From: a virus
DNA: 25,204 nt
Strand: one strand, 5' to 3'
Virus record (IMG/VR): IMGVR_UViG_3300014202_000879
Location: 181,889-207,092 of that record
Made by a program: the position numbers and the translations under genes
Shown: positions 23,188 to 25,204 of the stretch, one piece after another
How the letters are laid out: the number at the start of each line of letters is the position of its first letter
How positions within the stretch are numbered: the stretch's first letter is position 1
The notes under the pieces: model-generated
Databases searched by the model: none
Told to the model about the DNA's origin: nothing
The model's input: the letters and a program-made list of their open reading frames with translations, nothing else

Positions 23188-23228
23188 CCACTCCTAGGGC
23201 CAGAAACCCTAGGAGTGGCTTTATTTTT
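23188..23228 (+). terminator. Intrinsic terminator
   Basis: CCACTCCTAGGG-CCAGAAA-CCCTAGGAGTGG followed by CTTTATTTTT. Confidence 0.8.
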
Positions 23229-23248
23229 GTTACAATCAAGGATTCAAC

Positions 23249-23980
23249 GTGAAAGAACTCACAAAAATCTCCCCTATCTTCCCCAGTCCAGGCCAGTACA
23301 CAGAGTTGCTGCCTCGTGACGACTTCAGGGCTTACAATCGGACCACTCCGAGAATCCCGCACATGGAGTTCGACAAAATCTGCATGGTCAAGATAGGCCA
23401 TGAGCGAATGGCTGTTATCGAGGTAACCTTCGCCACGTCCACACATGTTTGCGTGCAGATTCTGTACAAGGACTTCACCTTACTCGATTTTGCTCTCAGG
23501 ACTGAAGTGCTTCCAAAGATGGGCATCGAGGTACCCAGTCTGCGAGAAGGCAGTCTGATCCTCATGGGCGAAGACGGCATGGTGATAGGTACGACAGGTC
23601 CTCGTAAAGGCTACAGTCGTGGCGATGGCCTCATTCCTGTTGGGGGCTACCCCAGGCCTTTTTCGTTCATCCGAGCCGGCTTCTTGCATGGCCTTTGGCC
23701 GAGTATCAATTTCTCAGGAGGGGAAAACGCCGGTAAATCCACAGTTAAGTTGACCAAAGATACCATAGCCACCATAAATGGCAGAAAGAGTATCTTGGTG
23801 ATGACGTTCGACGCACAGCTGCCCAGCGGCACACCAGACCGCTATCGCTCTATCTGTATCCATGAGAAGGCGTTCACCCATATGCTGGGTTTGGCGTACG
23901 AGAAACTGCCAAACGAGACCGAGCTCGTGGTCGATGTGTTCGGTTATTTTGAAGACCATCCTTATGGAGTAGATGTATGA
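23249..23980 (+). CDS. Hypothetical protein with two copies of the beta-rich repeat domain
   Basis: AAGGA SD and GTG start. Contains MGIEVPSLREGSLILMGEDGMVIG and LGLAYEKLPNETELVVDVFGYFE. Confidence 0.8.
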   Translation: MKELTKISPIFPSPGQYTELLPRDDFRAYNRTTPRIPHMEFDKICMVKIGHERMAVIEVTFATSTHVCVQILYKDFTLLDFALRTEVLPKMGIEVPSLREGSLILMGEDGMVIGTTGPRKGYSRGDGLIPVGGYPRPFSFIRAGFLHGLWPSINFSGGENAGKSTVKLTKDTIATINGRKSILVMTFDAQLPSGTPDRYRSICIHEKAFTHMLGLAYEKLPNETELVVDVFGYFEDHPYGVDV

Positions 23981-24567
23981 CCTGTATTGCTTTTCATGAT
24001 GGCGTTTTGTACGCCGACCGGATGTCTGTAACATACGTGCGAGACATGGAGATAAGCAGTGACATCTGTAAGCTGTACAAAGGCAAAGAAGGCAAAGTCG
24101 CCATGGGGTTCTGCGGTGAGTTGTATGACGAAGCCACCCTGCAGCACTTCACCGATGCCATCGAGGCGGTCGTCTGTATGAAAGACTTTCGACCCAGGCA
24201 AATGAGCAAGAGTGAGCTTTTCGAGTTCATCATCAAGAAGATAGACAATTCGAATGGTATCGTGGTTAATGCAAAGGCCCGTGACCTCAAAGTCCTCAGG
24301 TTGCATGGTCTCGTCATAACCAGCTCGCATGTCTTCTACATCGATATCGACGAAATATCGATGCCAAATACCACTGTTCCGTTTGCAGTGGGGTCTGGTT
24401 ACAGCATGTTCTTGGCTGGTGTGTTCCTTGGCCATGAACCCAAGGACATTTATGCCGGTATGTCGTGTCTGGACAACTTCCTGGTCAGCGAAGAGTTTGA
24501 CTGTTTCAAGCAAAGCGATTTGCTCCCTATCGATTCCACAGAAAAGGATGTTGGCCATGGTGTTTAA
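23977..24567 (+). CDS. HslV/proteasome-beta-like Ntn hydrolase
   Basis: N-terminal M-Thr (MTCIAF...LYADR), a Lys near position 33 (ICKL), AMGFCG and FAVGSG. Confidence 0.82.
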   Translation: MTCIAFHDGVLYADRMSVTYVRDMEISSDICKLYKGKEGKVAMGFCGELYDEATLQHFTDAIEAVVCMKDFRPRQMSKSELFEFIIKKIDNSNGIVVNAKARDLKVLRLHGLVITSSHVFYIDIDEISMPNTTVPFAVGSGYSMFLAGVFLGHEPKDIYAGMSCLDNFLVSEEFDCFKQSDLLPIDSTEKDVGHGV

Positions 24568-25141
24568 AGGTTGGGTGGCCATTTATGGCGACAAAGTGTT
24601 TTACCCACAACAGATCTCAGTGCTCTCCTGTGAATTGCGTCCAACATGGAGTAGCGAAACCCTCAATGTGGCGACACAAGAAAATCCCATTTTTGTTCAA
24701 GCAGCTGCATTTAACATAGGTGATTTACCAGCGGGTGCTCTGAAACAAGACACAGCAGCGGGCCCTGTGTCACAGACCAGGCTGGAGAATATAAACCTCC
24801 TGAGCAAGGTCATACGGAGCTTCAATATTACGCACAGTGGTGTCTATATACGCAGCATCACGCCAACTCCGACGCTGGAGAGCGGTAAGTACCGTGCAGC
24901 TTCCTTCATATCCTACGATGCATTTAACGTGTCTAAGGGAGGAAAGCCGTTTATTGTGGTGGGTGATTACCCGATACAAGGGGTTATGAATTACGCAGCC
25001 TATATGGATGCTTTTGAAGACAAGCAAACTGTCGACAGTTTGCTCAAACGTTTCTTGCAGCCGAAAACAGAAGTCTGCGATCTGGCCGACCTGAAGAAAC
25101 TGGCCTTGATGTCGAGTTTGGTTGAGCACAATGCCGGGTGA
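24557..25141 (+). CDS. Hypothetical protein, probable degenerate paralog of the HslV-like gene
   Basis: Start moved to ATG 24557 (AAGGA SD). Similar length and motif order to the preceding gene but no N-terminal Thr. Confidence 0.75.
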   Translation: MVFKGWVAIYGDKVFYPQQISVLSCELRPTWSSETLNVATQENPIFVQAAAFNIGDLPAGALKQDTAAGPVSQTRLENINLLSKVIRSFNITHSGVYIRSITPTPTLESGKYRAASFISYDAFNVSKGGKPFIVVGDYPIQGVMNYAAYMDAFEDKQTVDSLLKRFLQPKTEVCDLADLKKLALMSSLVEHNAG

Positions 25142-25153
25142 CTTGTTTGTTCC

Positions 25154-25204
25154 ACAAAGAGCAGCCGATACAACCGATACAGAGGTAGAGCGGCTGCTCT
25201 TTGT
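25154..25204 (+). terminator. Hairpin after the last gene (reaches the window edge)
   Basis: ACAAAGAGCAGCCG / CGGCTGCTCTTTGT forms a 14-bp stem with a 23-nt loop. Confidence 0.6.

Noticed and set aside
1234-24582. Other long minus-strand ORFs (for example 1234..2031, 2001..2765, 3579..4235, 10277..10975, 12116..12784, 22751..23446, 23962..24582)
   Set aside because: Each lies opposite a well-supported + strand gene, and none has family motifs.
1-25204. Alternative genetic code or stop-codon reassignment
   Set aside because: Known enzymes (tmk, dcd, DHH, RlaP-like) are full length in the standard code, and TAA, TAG and TGA all end genes at sensible junctions.

Overview
This looks like a 25 kb accessory or early region of a large (probably jumbo) dsDNA phage. 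About 40 tightly packed genes all lie on the + strand, many with ATGA-type overlaps, and no virion or replication core genes are evident. Recognisable genes are a partial macrodomain, thymidylate kinase, dCTP deaminase, a permuted papain-like (NlpC/P60, C92) enzyme, two Nudix hydrolases, a DHH/DHHA1 phosphoesterase, a tRNA(CAT), a PspA-like protein next to a TAXI-family solute-binding protein, an RlaP-like nucleotidyltransferase, a DUF4326-SLOG fusion and an HslV-like Ntn hydrolase. All family calls come from motif recognition by eye, not database searches. Notable structure: (i) a 17-nt promoter-like motif (YATATRCYTNAMHTGAH) occurs six times, four times followed at near-fixed distance by an (A)CAG-loop hairpin with different stems; (ii) repeated leaders, identical terminators and a 14-bp direct repeat define promoter-gene-terminator cassettes; (iii) there are at least six tandem paralog sets, including an alternating (A-B)x3 array of small membrane proteins, a repeated small beta-rich domain and an active/inactive HslV-like pair; (iv) a self-contained envelope operon encodes a PspA-like protein, an unannotated 48-aa membrane peptide and a TAXI binding protein with no permease in the window.
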